Source: Bispira polyomma (taxonomy: Eukaryota). Taken from it: 64,000 nucleotides of DNA. The position numbers and the translations under genes were made by a program. The notes below the pieces were generated by a model. That model was given only the letters and a program-made list of their open reading frames with translations. It made no database searches and was not told the origin of the DNA. The stretch is taken from the NCBI GenBank assembly GCA_965649765.1, contig OZ287752.1:66836001-66900000 (forward strand), in the 5' to 3' direction. Each line of letters begins with the position of its first letter. The first letter of the stretch is position 1. Of this stretch, positions 1 through 11,444 are shown piece after piece.

Positions 1-75
1 GGGACTTTCGTGGTCCAGTGGTTATGGAGTTGTTCTGAGGGGTTTAAAAGGTCCTAGGTTTGATTCCTGGTAACT
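1..75 (+). mobile_element. Degenerate tRNA-derived SINE head
   Basis: A-box-like TGGTCCAGTGG (11-21) and B-box-like GGTTTGATTCC (57-67) at tRNA-like spacing; no complete cloverleaf. Confidence 0.4.
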
Positions 76-1680
76 ACAATATTTGTCATTGCAATTGATA
101 TTGACCCATAAATATTATGTGATATTACATCAGCATAGTGTTGAATTATTGTTTCACATATGTCTGTACATTAGATACATTGGTGGATAAAACTTTATTG
201 GACAAGATGTGAATATGTCCATTACCTACTGATCACAGACAATTGCCTCTGTATCAGGATCAAGATTTATTGATTCTCTGATCTTGCACTTTAGAACTTG
301 TCTGGGATTAATGTAAAAACTAACAATGCAACAAAATAGTGTGTACTTGGCATGTTATACTTGACGAAATCAGGCCTGCTGTTACACCATATGCTGTATC
401 CCCATCATACTCCTGAGTGATTCAGCTGAAATAATAAGACTTCTACCTTTAAATTAGTATATGGCAACTTAGGGTATGGAATCTAGCAGGGCTACAGAAT
501 TTGCCAGGGGATACAAAATCTGGTACTTCCACTTGCCAGACTTTTTGTTCCCCCCCATACCCCTTGATACATTTTACTCTTAATCTTACTCCATACATTT
601 TGAGATACAAAATGTAATGTTATGCCAGCTGTACAATTCTAGTATTCGCTGGACAGGGTGCTGCCATATTAGATATGGCGTATGAATACATAATGCTAAA
701 CACTAAGGATAGCACTGAACCCTATAGCTGTAATAGTTTAGAAAACTACCTTCATTATTGAATAATTAAGCGTCCCTTGAAAAGGGTGTTTATTTGGTTT
801 CACCCCTTGTTGCCTCGCTGCCGCCTGTGCCGCCGCATGGTCTTCCTTGAATATCTCCTTCAATATTATCTGCATCAAAATTATTTTTGGCAGTTCTCTT
901 TACCAGGAGTGGGAAATTTTTTTGATATTCTTGGCTTTGAACTTTGGCCTACTTAAATGTCAGGTGACCCTGGGGGTGTAAAAGTGCTTGTCACTAGGTT
1001 TTCTCAGAAAGTATTCATCATAGCTCAATGAAATTTGGTATGTACCTTGGTAAGGCAATTTTCAGGATGGGCGACGCTGATGAGATTAATCGGATGATAA
1101 TTGACCGATTGCCAACCGATTGATTTTTATTGAAATGCGAAAAATCGGTACTTTTTTGCTATCTCAGAAACTATTGGGATTTCGGCTTTTTCTTGGTACA
1201 AGTTATTCATCTACTTTTTGATTTTATGTATGATGTAAAAATCTCACAGTTCTAAGTCCAGTACTCAATGAGTACTGAGTACTTCAAATGAGTAGTTTGC
1301 TCTATTTTGCTCTATCTTGCACTTTTATGAACTTTTCTTTTGAAGTACTTATCATAGTTCAATGAAATTTAGCATGCACGTTGCAAATAACAAAGCATAG
1401 ATGTCCATAAATTTTTAGATCAATCTGGTGATAATTGACTGATTGACAGGGTCGATCAATCATACAAAATGGGGAAAAAAATGTGTTGATGGGTCCCTTT
1501 TTAGAGCGTGTGAGGATTTTTTTAATTTTTAATTTTAGACCAGTACATGCAGCACGTAACTTTTAAAGAATAGCCTGAATTTTTATTTATTTTTTACCCC
1601 ATCCAAAAATATGCGATCGTTACTGAGATAAAACGATTTCAATTTCAAAAATTTTAAAAGTTAAGGTTTTTTCTTAAAGC

Positions 1681-2340
1681 GTCCATTATCTCGGAAACGG
1701 TGCTAGATAGAGCGATTTCAAGCTCATTTTCGACCCACAGGGTTGATTTTGCTCATATGTAAACTTTAAAAAAAAAAATTTCAATTTTGGCGGCCATCTT
1801 GAATTTCTGCATCTTTTTCGAAAATGTCTGTTATCTCGGAAATGGTGCTAGATAGAGCAATTTCGAGCTCATTTTCGGCCCACAGAGTTGATTTTGCTCA
1901 TATGTAAACTTTCAAAAAATTTTCAATTTTGGCGGCCATCTTGAATGTCTGTGCCTTTTTCGAAAATGTCAGTTATCTCAGAAACGGTGCTAGATAGAGC
2001 GATTTCGAGCTCATTTTCGACCCACAGGGTTGATTTTGCTTATATGTAAACTTTCAAAAAATTTTCACTTTTGGCGGCCATCTTGAATTTCTGCACCTTT
2101 TTCGAAAATGTCCATTATCTCAGAAACATTGCTAGATAGAGCGATTTCGAGCTCATTTTCGACCCCCAGGGTTGTTTTTGCTTATATTTATACTTTTAAA
2201 AAAAGTGTTCGATTTTGGTGGCCATCTTGAATTTCTGCGTCTTTTTCGAAAATGTCTTTTATCTCGGAAACGGTGCTAGATAGAGCGATTTCAAGCTTAT
2301 TTTCGACTTACAGGGCTGATTTTCCTTATATGTAAACTTT
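1681..2340 (+). repeat. Tandem repeat, ~142-bp unit, ~4.6 copies
   Basis: Units begin near 1681, 1826, 1967, 2110, 2254 with core TTATCTCGGAAACGGTGCTAGATAGAGCGATTTC and GGCGGCCATCTTGAA. Confidence 0.9.
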
Positions 2341-2677
2341 TGAAGTAATTCACGCGGAAGGGGCCGCCTTTTCTATTGGCTATAGCTCAGCAACCACTGG
2401 GTGGATTCTCTTCAAATTTGGCACATGTATGCAGTAGCCCTGGGAAAAATTTTGAATATAGTGTCATTACATTTCGACCAATCAGAGAAGTCACATGACC
2501 CAAAACACGTTTTTTAAAGGGGTGTGCTTGTCCGGATGATAACTTAAAAAGTGCCGTACCTATTCTCACAAAATTTGACAAGTAGGTTTCTTATATAGAT
2601 GTCCGGAACTAGATAACTTTGATAAGTGATCTGATACAAAATAGCTGACACGATTTTTCGAAACAAAGAAAATGATA

Positions 2678-3592
2678 TCCTTAATATCTCGGAAACGGTG
2701 CGAGATAGAGCGATTTCGGCTGAATTTTGGGTCTGGGGGGTATACTTAGTATACTGTAAACTCAGCAAGTTGCCTAAAAATGTAAATTTTTTTTAAAAAA
2801 AGTCAAAAATTCAAAAATTTTCAAAAATTCAAAATTTTTCAAAAAAGTCTAAATTTTTAAAATTTTGCAAAAATTTTTACTCTCAACAAAATAGAAAATC
2901 CTTAATATCTCGGAAACGGTGCGAGATAGAGCGATTTCGGCTGAATTTTGGACCCAAAGGGCATACTCAGTGTATTCAAAACTGAGCAACTGAGTAAAAT
3001 TAAAAATTCAAAAATTTAATTTAACTAAATTAAATTTTTTTTAAAAATTCAAAATTTTTTAAATCTTTTTAGAAAAGTCAAATTTTTTTAAAAAGTCAAA
3101 ATTTTCAAAAATTTTCAAAAATCCTTAATCTCAACAAAGAAAACGAATCCTTAATATTTCGGTGAGAGATAGAGTGATTTGGGCTGAATTTTGGGCCCAC
3201 AGGGTATAAAAATATTTTAAAAATGTTAAAATTTTCAAAGTTTTGCAAAAGTCCTCAATCTCAACAAAGAAATGAAAAATCTCTCTCCTTAATATCTCAG
3301 AAACGGTGCGAGATAGAGTGATTTGGGCTAAATTTTGGGCCCAAAGGGTATAAAATTTTTTTAAAAATGTTTAAATTTTCAAAATTTTGCAAAAGTTCTC
3401 AATCTCAACAAAGAAAATGAAAAATCCTTAATATCTCAGAAACGGTGAGAGATAGAGTGATTTGGGCTGAATTTTGGGCCCACAGGGTATAAAAATTTTT
3501 TAAAAATGTTAAAATTTTCAAAATTTTGCAAAAGTCCTCAATCTCAACAAAGGAAATGAAAAATCTCTCTTAATATCTCAGAAACGGTGAGA
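2678..3592 (+). repeat. Second related repeat array (about 6 copies, 140-250 bp spacing)
   Basis: Recurrent CCTTAATATCTCRGAAACGGTGMGAGATAGAG core near 2679, 2900, 3149, 3287, 3426, 3568, separated by A/T-tract spacers. Confidence 0.8.
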
Positions 3593-4032
3593 AATTTTGA
3601 TATTTTCAAAATGTTTTTTATTAAAATTTTAAAAAAAGTCAATTTTTTTTTTTGGGAATATTTTTTTTTAATTTTTTAAAAAATCGCTCTGTCCCCATTT
3701 TTGGCCGCCAACTTGAATTTCTGCGTTTATTTCGGAAACAGTGCCAGATAGAGCAATTTCGGCAGAATTTTGGGCTCGGAGGGTATATGCAGAAAATTGC
3801 TCAATGTCTTATTGGGACGCTTTGTTTTTGCTCTGCAAAAACAATTTCCTTTCATTTGCAAAGCAGTACTCTAGTTATTAATTATAATTAATTGTTATTA
3901 AGTTAATTATAATTATTAATTATTGACTAAATTAATTCATTATTAACTACTATCATTATTAGAACTACCTTTATTATTGCCATACCAATAGTCTAGTGAA
4001 TTCTAAAATTTTGCCCATTTATTTTACCACAG

Positions 4033-4237
4033 ACACAGGTGTCAACGTGTACACCGTACATCCTGGACTAGTGGACACTGAGCTGTCCCGTGACGTTCCC
4101 ATGATCCCTTGCTGCTTTAAATGCCTAGTCAGCACACTGAGTTGTACCGCCTTCAAGACGGCGCACAGTGGCGCCTCTACCACCCTGTACTGTTGTCTGG
4201 AGCCTAGTCTGGGGAACCAGTCGGGAAAATACTACAG
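4033..4237 (+). CDS. Retinol dehydrogenase (RDH11/12/13-like short-chain dehydrogenase/reductase), penultimate coding exon
   Basis: Translates DTGVNVYTVHPGLVDTEL...KTAHSGASTTLYCCLEPSLGNQSGKYY, the typical RDH12-family C-terminal segment. Acceptor ACAG ends at 4032; donor GTGAGT starts at 4238. Upstream exons were not found in the window. Confidence 0.9.
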
Positions 4238-4874
4238 GTGAGTGTGTGTGTGGGTGGGTGTAAGTGTGGGTGTCTGTATGTGTGTGTGTGAATGCAGTTT
4301 GCCAATGACGTCACTAACTCCACTTCAAAATTTTAACAAGAGGTTTGCGGGCTTTCGCCAAGGTTTTTTTAAAATATACTTGGTCTATCTAATAATATAA
4401 TACTCAATTCTCTTGAGGTAATTTACAAAAAAAGTGCCATTTTATTTAATAGAGTATTTATACTATAGGAGAGCTACTTTTTGTGCCTGGGTTTCCTTTC
4501 AGCATATGTTTTTCTCGGCCAACGTTGGCCGATTTTTTCGCTAGTTACACAATACTACCAAGTGCTTCATTTTAGCATATTTGCGACACCTCAGATCAGA
4601 CAGGTGAACATATTTTATCTATCAGGGAGTGAAAAAATCGGGATGACTGAAAAAAATAAAAAAATAAAAAAAATTTTAATAAAATATTTACTACATATCT
4701 GATGAAAGGAAGCCCTACATCGGCCAACATCGGATCGGCTTGGATTTTAATAAATATGCTGACGTCGGTGACTGCTAAAAGGAAGCCCACGCTAACAGTT
4801 TATTCCTCAGTACTGCATGTACATGGATTTACAGACAGTCGAAAGTTTAAATTAATTTGTCATTTACACTTTAG

Positions 4875-5142
4875 TGAATGCAAAGAAGCCACAGCCAAAA
4901 GTTTCGCCACATGCAAAGACACAGCATTGCGGCTGTGGAACGAGAGTTTGAGGTTGTGCCAGGAATGCGAGAAGACCGACCCGATAGTAGACTGTAAGCT
5001 GATAGACAAGACCGAGTCCATTACTGAAGACCTAGCAGTCTTCTCGGTCACTTGTAACAATAACCTTACGCCCGAAGATATAATCCTTGAAGAGAAAAAG
5101 GACCTGCCAGTAACAAAGTCAAATGTTGTTCTGGTCGAGTGA
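4875..5142 (+). CDS. Retinol dehydrogenase-like SDR, last coding exon
   Basis: Acceptor TTTAG ends at 4874; phase joins AG+T (Ser), giving SGKYYSECKEA...ALRLWNESLRLC, matching the RDH family end, then an acidic tail to TGA at 5140-5142. Confidence 0.88.
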
Positions 5143-5643
5143 GGGTTAGTTCTAGTTTGGTTTATAAAAGAAAATCTACAAAAACACTTTTGTGACCTAT
5201 ATATATGTAAGTGTCATCACAATTCAAACCTTTTAGTGAATGTTGTAAATGTAAATGTTCATAGTCAGATATCACACCCCGAATATGAGGCGAGAGGAAG
5301 AAAGTCATCAGAAGTCAAATGAATATGGCTGGTAGAAATCTCAAATCCACTTTCAGAGTTTTGATATCAGTGTCATCAAATGTTCTAGAAGTTTTATCAA
5401 TCTGACCCTATGAATATATAACCCTATGTAGATATTATCCTACAAAGTCCTACCTTTTGAGTAAAGCCATAAAAAGAGCTCTTACATGTTACAAAGATTC
5501 ACAAAGCACCCGATAAGGAGTATGGAAATTTACTGCATTTCAGAGATGGTAGAGTCACTGGATTATTTTGGTGGTATACTCTTTTTCTATGGTCATACCA
5601 AATATAGCCTACTAAGTATTTAGCAGGGGCTTTATAAAACATG

Positions 5644-5832
5644 TGGCCATGGTGGCCTAGTGCTTAGAAGTGGTAACTTCACAATCACTAGCCTCTCATC
5701 TATGTGGGTTTGAATCCTGTTCATTACTACTGTTGTAGAAATTTTGTCAGGTACTTGCCATAGGTCACTAGTTTACCGTGCTTTAGCACTGGTTTCTTTC
5801 ATCATTAAATCTAGCCATCATGATATGACCTA
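5644..5832 (+). mobile_element. Degenerate tRNA-derived SINE (same family as 52697-52963)
   Basis: A-box TGGCCTAGTG, B-box-like GGTTTGAATCC; shares CTTCACAATCACT with the SINE near 52.9 kb. Confidence 0.55.
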
Positions 5833-7220
5833 ACCTTTGTGTATTACTGCTTTTTAAAGACAGTTATTTCTCTTGGTCCTCCCATGAGGTTTGACTTTAA
5901 CAGGTTTGACTTAACAGTGTGCCACTGTACATTGATCGTTTTCCCCATTTAAAGGGTGAAAGTAAATCGTCCCTAAACATTGCATTTGTTATCCATCAGT
6001 ACCTCATTGATGTATTTACCAATCGTTTTTCTACTTAGCAATGCATTTTTGTTTATTTGAATCTGTTGTTCAAAATGTATGTACAAGGTAACATGATGTA
6101 ATTTCTATATAAATGTAATAATATCTTTATTATTATTTTGTTTATTTTTTTTTAAAATTTGATTTTTTGATAGATGTTTACATACCCACTGTGTTGAGAT
6201 TGGGAAGTAAGATTAGACATTAATAACCATTATTATCTTGGTGAGAATAATTTTATTAATTTTGTGTGACGTATTTGTATGAGTGTATATTACTTATAAT
6301 GTTCTTATATAAATTAGATGAAGATAGTTGGTGGCATATGCTAAACAAAGCTATTACAAGTAGCCTATATCCACCGAAACTATTGTATCTTTTTTCGTTT
6401 TCATCTTTTGGATCACAGTGTATTTATTGGTTTGTTTATCAGAGCTATCTCCCCTTTGCTTCTCATTACAGAAAGCACATTACTATATTGTTAAAAAAAG
6501 GCTTAGCCAAAAATAAAAGTGCATAAAGATGATGGCCAGGTGTGATTTGATTGACACAGAAAATAACTTCTTTCATACATTTTAAAGTGTAGTAATATCA
6601 GTCAATGTCGTTAAGAGGTGACGTGTATCACCTTTTTGAGCGGGGACTATTATCAAATTTTATAGCTTGTTTTATAATTTTCAGTATAAATAAAATAATA
6701 CATAAAACATAACTTACTTTCTGCAGTGTTTAATGGATTCAATATGATATTGCCAGGTGTGTTTTTGTAGACTTGAACAAGAGAAGCTTTTATGTAATTA
6801 CTTTTTTATTATTCAAGCTTCTCTTTTTTAATTTTATTTTGTAAATAAATGGTGAGGGTGAAGGGGTGGGGGGGGGGGGGGGGGGGCATTGGTGGTAGCA
6901 AAGAATTACACATAATATTTCTATAAAATATTTTTTAATATTAAAAAAACACTCTAGTGATAATATTACTGTATGACGATATCCTTATAAAGAAGCTTTA
7001 TTACTAACTAGTATTTGTAAGGAGAGGCTGGTGTTAATTAAAAGTCACATGTTACTGTTGTGTATCTTGAGATGAATTTAATCATAAGGATTGATATCTT
7101 AGTAGCTTTATATAAAATGTGAGGGGTCGGGGTGAATATCTGCAATGGTGTTAAATATAACTGAAGTTCTATTTTTGTAAAGATTACTTTAAATTGGTGT
7201 TCAAACTCTGGTTAAGTAAC

Positions 7221-7433
7221 AAATCTAAAATTCGTCATTGTACTTGAAATTCGCCACCCCTAATAAAAATTTATACACAAATCAATAAAAACTGGGTGAA
7301 AAATAATTGGAATTTAGGTAAGTAAGGCAAAAAAAAGTCACAAAAATTTCAGCAAATATTATCTACAGTTCTACTAAAAAACACAACTCTTTTTGGGTGG
7401 CGAATTTCAGATAGAGTGGCGAATTTTAGATTG
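7221..7433. mobile_element. MITE-like element with ~39-bp imperfect terminal inverted repeats
   Basis: AATCTAAAATTCGTCATTGTACTTGAAATTCGCCACCC (7222-7260) versus the reverse complement of GGGTGGCGAATTTCAGATAGAGTGGCGAATTTTAGATT (7395-7432). Confidence 0.6.
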
Positions 7434-7917
7434 AGTGGTTGTAGAATTACTTCCATTGGCTAAAATAACTTCTGAGTGAAGGGTTCAATTTGTACAGTAG
7501 TTCTACCACACTCTGTATTACCTGTTGTATCTAAAAGTAGCCAACAGTCAAAATTAATTCCACTGAATTTCTAAATAAAATAGTAAACAAATCAAAAAAA
7601 AATTCCCACTAATGAAGAACATTTGATTGATTTTTAGCGTCCTTTTTTTAATTCCTATATAAGATTTCCACAGTAAAAATTGTAAAAGTACATGTATATA
7701 TATTTTTTTCACGGTCAATTAAAAAAGTAGTCATGGGGCAATAGGCTTCTAGTTCAACCACTTCCACTTATGAACTTCAGATTGTGAGAATTTATTTCTA
7801 ACTAAAAATTGGTAAGAAATTGGAAAAATTCAATTTTTAGGGTCTGTCTGTATTCACAAAAGGTCTTAGTTTTAACTTAGTCTTGATCTTAAAGATTTTG
7901 GTCTTGTTTTTTGGCTG

Positions 7918-8043
7918 ACAGTAGGAAAAGATATGTGCTTAGTGTTAAACAGTAGGAAAATATATGTGCTTAGTGTTAAACAGTAGGAAAAGATATGTGC
8001 TTAGTGTTAAACAGTAGGAAAAGATATGTGCTTAGTGTTAAAC
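7918..8043 (+). repeat. 31-bp minisatellite, 4 copies
   Basis: ACAGTAGGAAAAGATATGTGCTTAGTGTTAA repeated with period 31. Confidence 0.95.
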
Positions 8044-8110
8044 TTTGCACTTAACACTAACAGTTGGCAGTCTTAAATATTTTAGACATGTAAGTATAAG
8101 TACACATGTA

Positions 8111-8392
8111 TGCGGCTTCCGATATGCGACTCCTGATTTGCGAAGTGTGATTTTTCGTCCCCTCCCCCACACACACACCCCGTCCTTATACATGTATAGA
8201 AATTATTGGATTATCTCCTTAAACAGTGCAATTTTACATTCTCACATGTTTTTTTTCGCTCCTGGATCGAAAATTTCTGATTTGGATGCAGCTAATCCTG
8301 CGTCACAATTCGCAGTCCGACACATGTGAACTAAACAAAAATAAAACAAAAATTCCCTGACACAAATTGGGAGTAGTATATCGGAAGCCGTA
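8111..8392. mobile_element. MITE nested inside the Harbinger-type MITE
   Basis: Imperfect ~32-bp TIRs TGCGGCTTCCGATATGCGACTCC... / ...GGAGTAGTATATCGGAAGCCGTA. Confidence 0.65.
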
Positions 8393-8557
8393 AGCTAAAC
8401 TTGTGACTAAGTGAAGACCTTTTGTGAATACAGCCCAAAGTGTAACGAGTCACCTGTAATGTGTAAATATATTGTAGCATTGATTGAAAAATTCAAGTAT
8501 TATTTATTAATTGTAGTCAGTATATGTGTTGTTTCCGTCTATATGTTGTTCTCTTTG

Positions 8558-8563
8558 AATAAA
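8558..8563 (+). terminator. Candidate poly(A) signal of the RDH transcript
   Basis: AATAAA followed by a GT/T-rich tract; other AATAAA hexamers occur upstream, so assignment is tentative. Confidence 0.25.
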
Positions 8564-9304
8564 GATGTTATTAAATAACTGATAAGTGTTATTTTTGTTT
8601 ACATTATCTCTCCCTCTATCTGCACAAAAAAAATAATTTACCGATTGTGCAAATCTCTTCCCAGTTTTATAATACAGGAGAATCAAGCAGAATATTACTT
8701 TCCTTTGGTTACTTTGTATTTGGAATGTTTAAACTATTTGGGGGATTGACAAGGGGACTTATAAAGATGTTGGGAGTCTGCATGCTGTGGTGTGTGAGGT
8801 GACTCCAGTTATTTCTAACATCTTTTCTGTGAAGTTCGTTCAATACACGGAATATACAACATATATATGTGGGAAAGTTAAAAGTAGATTCACTGAAGGC
8901 TGGTGTTTTGCAGTTTAGAAAGCTTGACCAACTCCCCTGTTCTGCATCTCTTCATCAATAAGCAAGCAGTTGTTGTCAAGAAACCCAAACTAAATTTAAC
9001 TGTCGAGTGTAATTAAGTAGCTAATTTAAAAAAAACTAAACTTTTCATAAAATGACTCTGGAGTCCTTTGAGTATGTGACCTTTGACCCCTACTTCACCA
9101 TTTAATTGATGGATGTTTGTGCATGACGAGAATATTCTCCCACTACAACCTAGTGGGGTAACACTCACTTGGGATTACACAACTGATCACACTTGTGTCA
9201 TATGATTTTTTACAAGTATATTAATAAAATGAATCATTTAAGTGTAGTACAAGTGTGGGAATACATGTTCCAGGTTATATAAACACTAGAACCTCTATCT
9301 ACAT

Positions 9305-9533
9305 GGGGTGATATTCAGACTATTCAGGTACAACAGAATTAGCCAAGTCTTAGGCTTAAATCTAGTATACATTTGTGCTATATTTAAGACTTTGCTAAGT
9401 CTGTTTGTGAATACAGACCCTGGGGTTGTATATTCACAAAAGGGCTAAGCCATGACTTTGTCTTAGATCTAGTATACTTTTCTGCTAGATTTAAGACAAA
9501 GTCTAGACTTTGCTTTTTTGTGAATACCGCCCT
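9305..9533. mobile_element. Two adjacent short MITEs of the GTATTCACAAA family
   Basis: ...TTGTGAATACAGACCC (to 9420) directly followed by GGGGTTGTATATTCACAAAA...TTTTGTGAATACCGCCC; the two halves share internal sequence (TCTAGTATAC, ATTTAAGAC). Confidence 0.55.
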
Positions 9534-11444
9534 AAATATTTTATTTTATGAATACTTTTACTCTTCTAAGTTAATAGTTTCCTCCTGTTTGTACTAAAAT
9601 GTGTCCCTTCCTATTTTATGAACCTTCTATAATCCAAATCAAATCTTGTTCTCCCAACATGTATAAGATAATGGAGTGTTTTACTGGCCATGGAATGTCT
9701 GTGGGTGCAATCTGAATCACATTACACACACTGTATCTTTAATACATGTATACTATATATGTTTGCCCTCTCTTAGTTACACTCAATATTTACACTTCCT
9801 GTTCTCTATTATATTTACGGAAACTCTGACCGGATATTTTGGTTGTTAATATTTACTGATTTGATTAAGTCTTGCTTATCTCTACACTTGATAATAGTCA
9901 TCGCTCATAGGCAGTATAGTATTGTATTTGTTAAAGAGAGTTTCAACCTCTGAATATATAGAATGACTTATTTTTTGCTTTAGTTTAAACATTTTAACAC
10001 AAATTCCTGATGCTACGACGCATCTTCTAAAGCACGAAAACATGAAAATCAGAAAAACAAAGGGATGGTCCCCAAAAAACACAGCCAACTTGCGATGGGG
10101 TTTGTAGTGTTTGACCACAAACGTGTGGGGGTGGGGAAAACAACTTTAACAAGAGTAGACTTTTTAAAAATACACATGCCCTCAGTGTCAGAAATATTAA
10201 TCTTGATGCCCCCTAGTTTTTGGTCCGGTCGATTGTTTCCAACCAATGCATAAAGGCGTTATATATTTCCAAGTTGGCGACACCATTTTACAAAAATGTA
10301 ATCAATATCAGGCTGCGCCTGATAAAAAGATTGACCCTTGGTGTGGCCCTTAATTCTGGTGGGTCTGGCAAAAGAAAGCAGAGTCTAATATTTACTGTAT
10401 TAGTGGAACTTTTCACTTGGAATTCATTTGAGCTATGTCACGGATGGGATAGACGAAGTAATTTTTTCTAAAATGGGCCAAGAGTTAAAATGTATTCCAT
10501 TTTATTCTGCGAAAACTTGTAAAATTGTGACAAATTCGCCAAAAAAAAGTGGTTTGTTGCTTTTTGTGTGTCATAATGGAATCATATAGGATACCATTTT
10601 TAATTAGTTTGAATCACTACCCAAACAGTCATAGTGTGGGCATAAAATACACTACTTCTCTATTAAATTGCATAAAATGAATACTATTACCACAAAGTGT
10701 CGGATTGCGTTCTAATATAGCAATAATATATAGGGACATACACGAGTGTATTATGACACTGTATTCTAGACTATTTATTCAAACAACAATCTCGATTTCT
10801 AATTTTCATCGTGTTAGGGTTTTTTAGTGTCTTATGTTAAATGAGATTAATGGCTAAATATAGCAAATGTTTGTTAATATATAACGTATATCTACAGCCC
10901 ATGACGATAATAATCTTGACCCAATAATCTATCCCTGTTTGGCGAAGATGCCTTGCTGTTATTTTGACGACGGAATCGCCGTGCATCAGCGAAGACAAAA
11001 TACTCGGTCTGCAATATGGGGGAAAGACTTTCGTTCAAGCACCGGTTTATGATGACTATGCCAAAAAGAGAGGCCTCATTTGGATTGACGAACAATAATA
11101 AGATGATGATTTCATAAGTTATTGTTTTCGGTCTGTGTGTGTGTACACAAACCATTATCACACAAATCTACTGTATTAAATGCATTAAAATTTACAGATA
11201 TGTTTCAAAATGGGGACCTCTACATTTTTGCCAACTTTCATATAAATCGGTGGTGAACTGTAGCTTTAAGACGAGATTTCCTATTTTATATACAAAACAA
11301 ACGGTTTGCTTCCGCGCCGTATAAGAAACTAAGACAGCGTTTTGCCAATCTGAGCTACACCGACTCCAAGATCGGGGAACATTTGCATTAACCGAACACC
11401 GAAGACACCGCTCGGGGGTGTATTACCTAATTTTAAATACAGCG

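Larger units (their letters stand above)
762..3876 (+). mobile_element. Non-autonomous Helentron-type element (HINE/DINE-like), probably within an intron of the RDH gene
   Basis: Subterminal inverted repeats AAGCGTCCC (768-776) and GGGACGCTT (3814-3822), 3' hairpin TTGTTTTTGC-TCT-GCAAAAACAA (3822-3844), CTAGTT end, short GCC-rich tract near the 5' end, internal tandem arrays. Confidence 0.7.
7846..8436. mobile_element. PIF/Harbinger-type MITE (GTATTCACAAA TIR family)
   Basis: Perfect 20-bp inverted repeat CTGTATTCACAAAAGGTCTT (7848-7867) / AAGACCTTTTGTGAATACAG (8414-8433). Confidence 0.7.

Noticed and set aside
4514-4532. 18-bp palindrome TCGGCCAACGTTGGCCGA in the last RDH intron
   Set aside because: Probably part of a small degenerate repeat, but convincing termini could not be defined.
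3996-4874. ORF-track starts at 3996 and 4702 as real N-termini
   Set aside because: They are intronic read-through; splice sites at 4032/4033, 4237/4238 and 4874/4875 define the coding parts.
6854-6886. G-tract (and C-tract at ~22923-22960) as functional G-quadruplexes
   Set aside because: Simple homopolymer-like tracts with no supporting context; their length is also prone to sequencing error.
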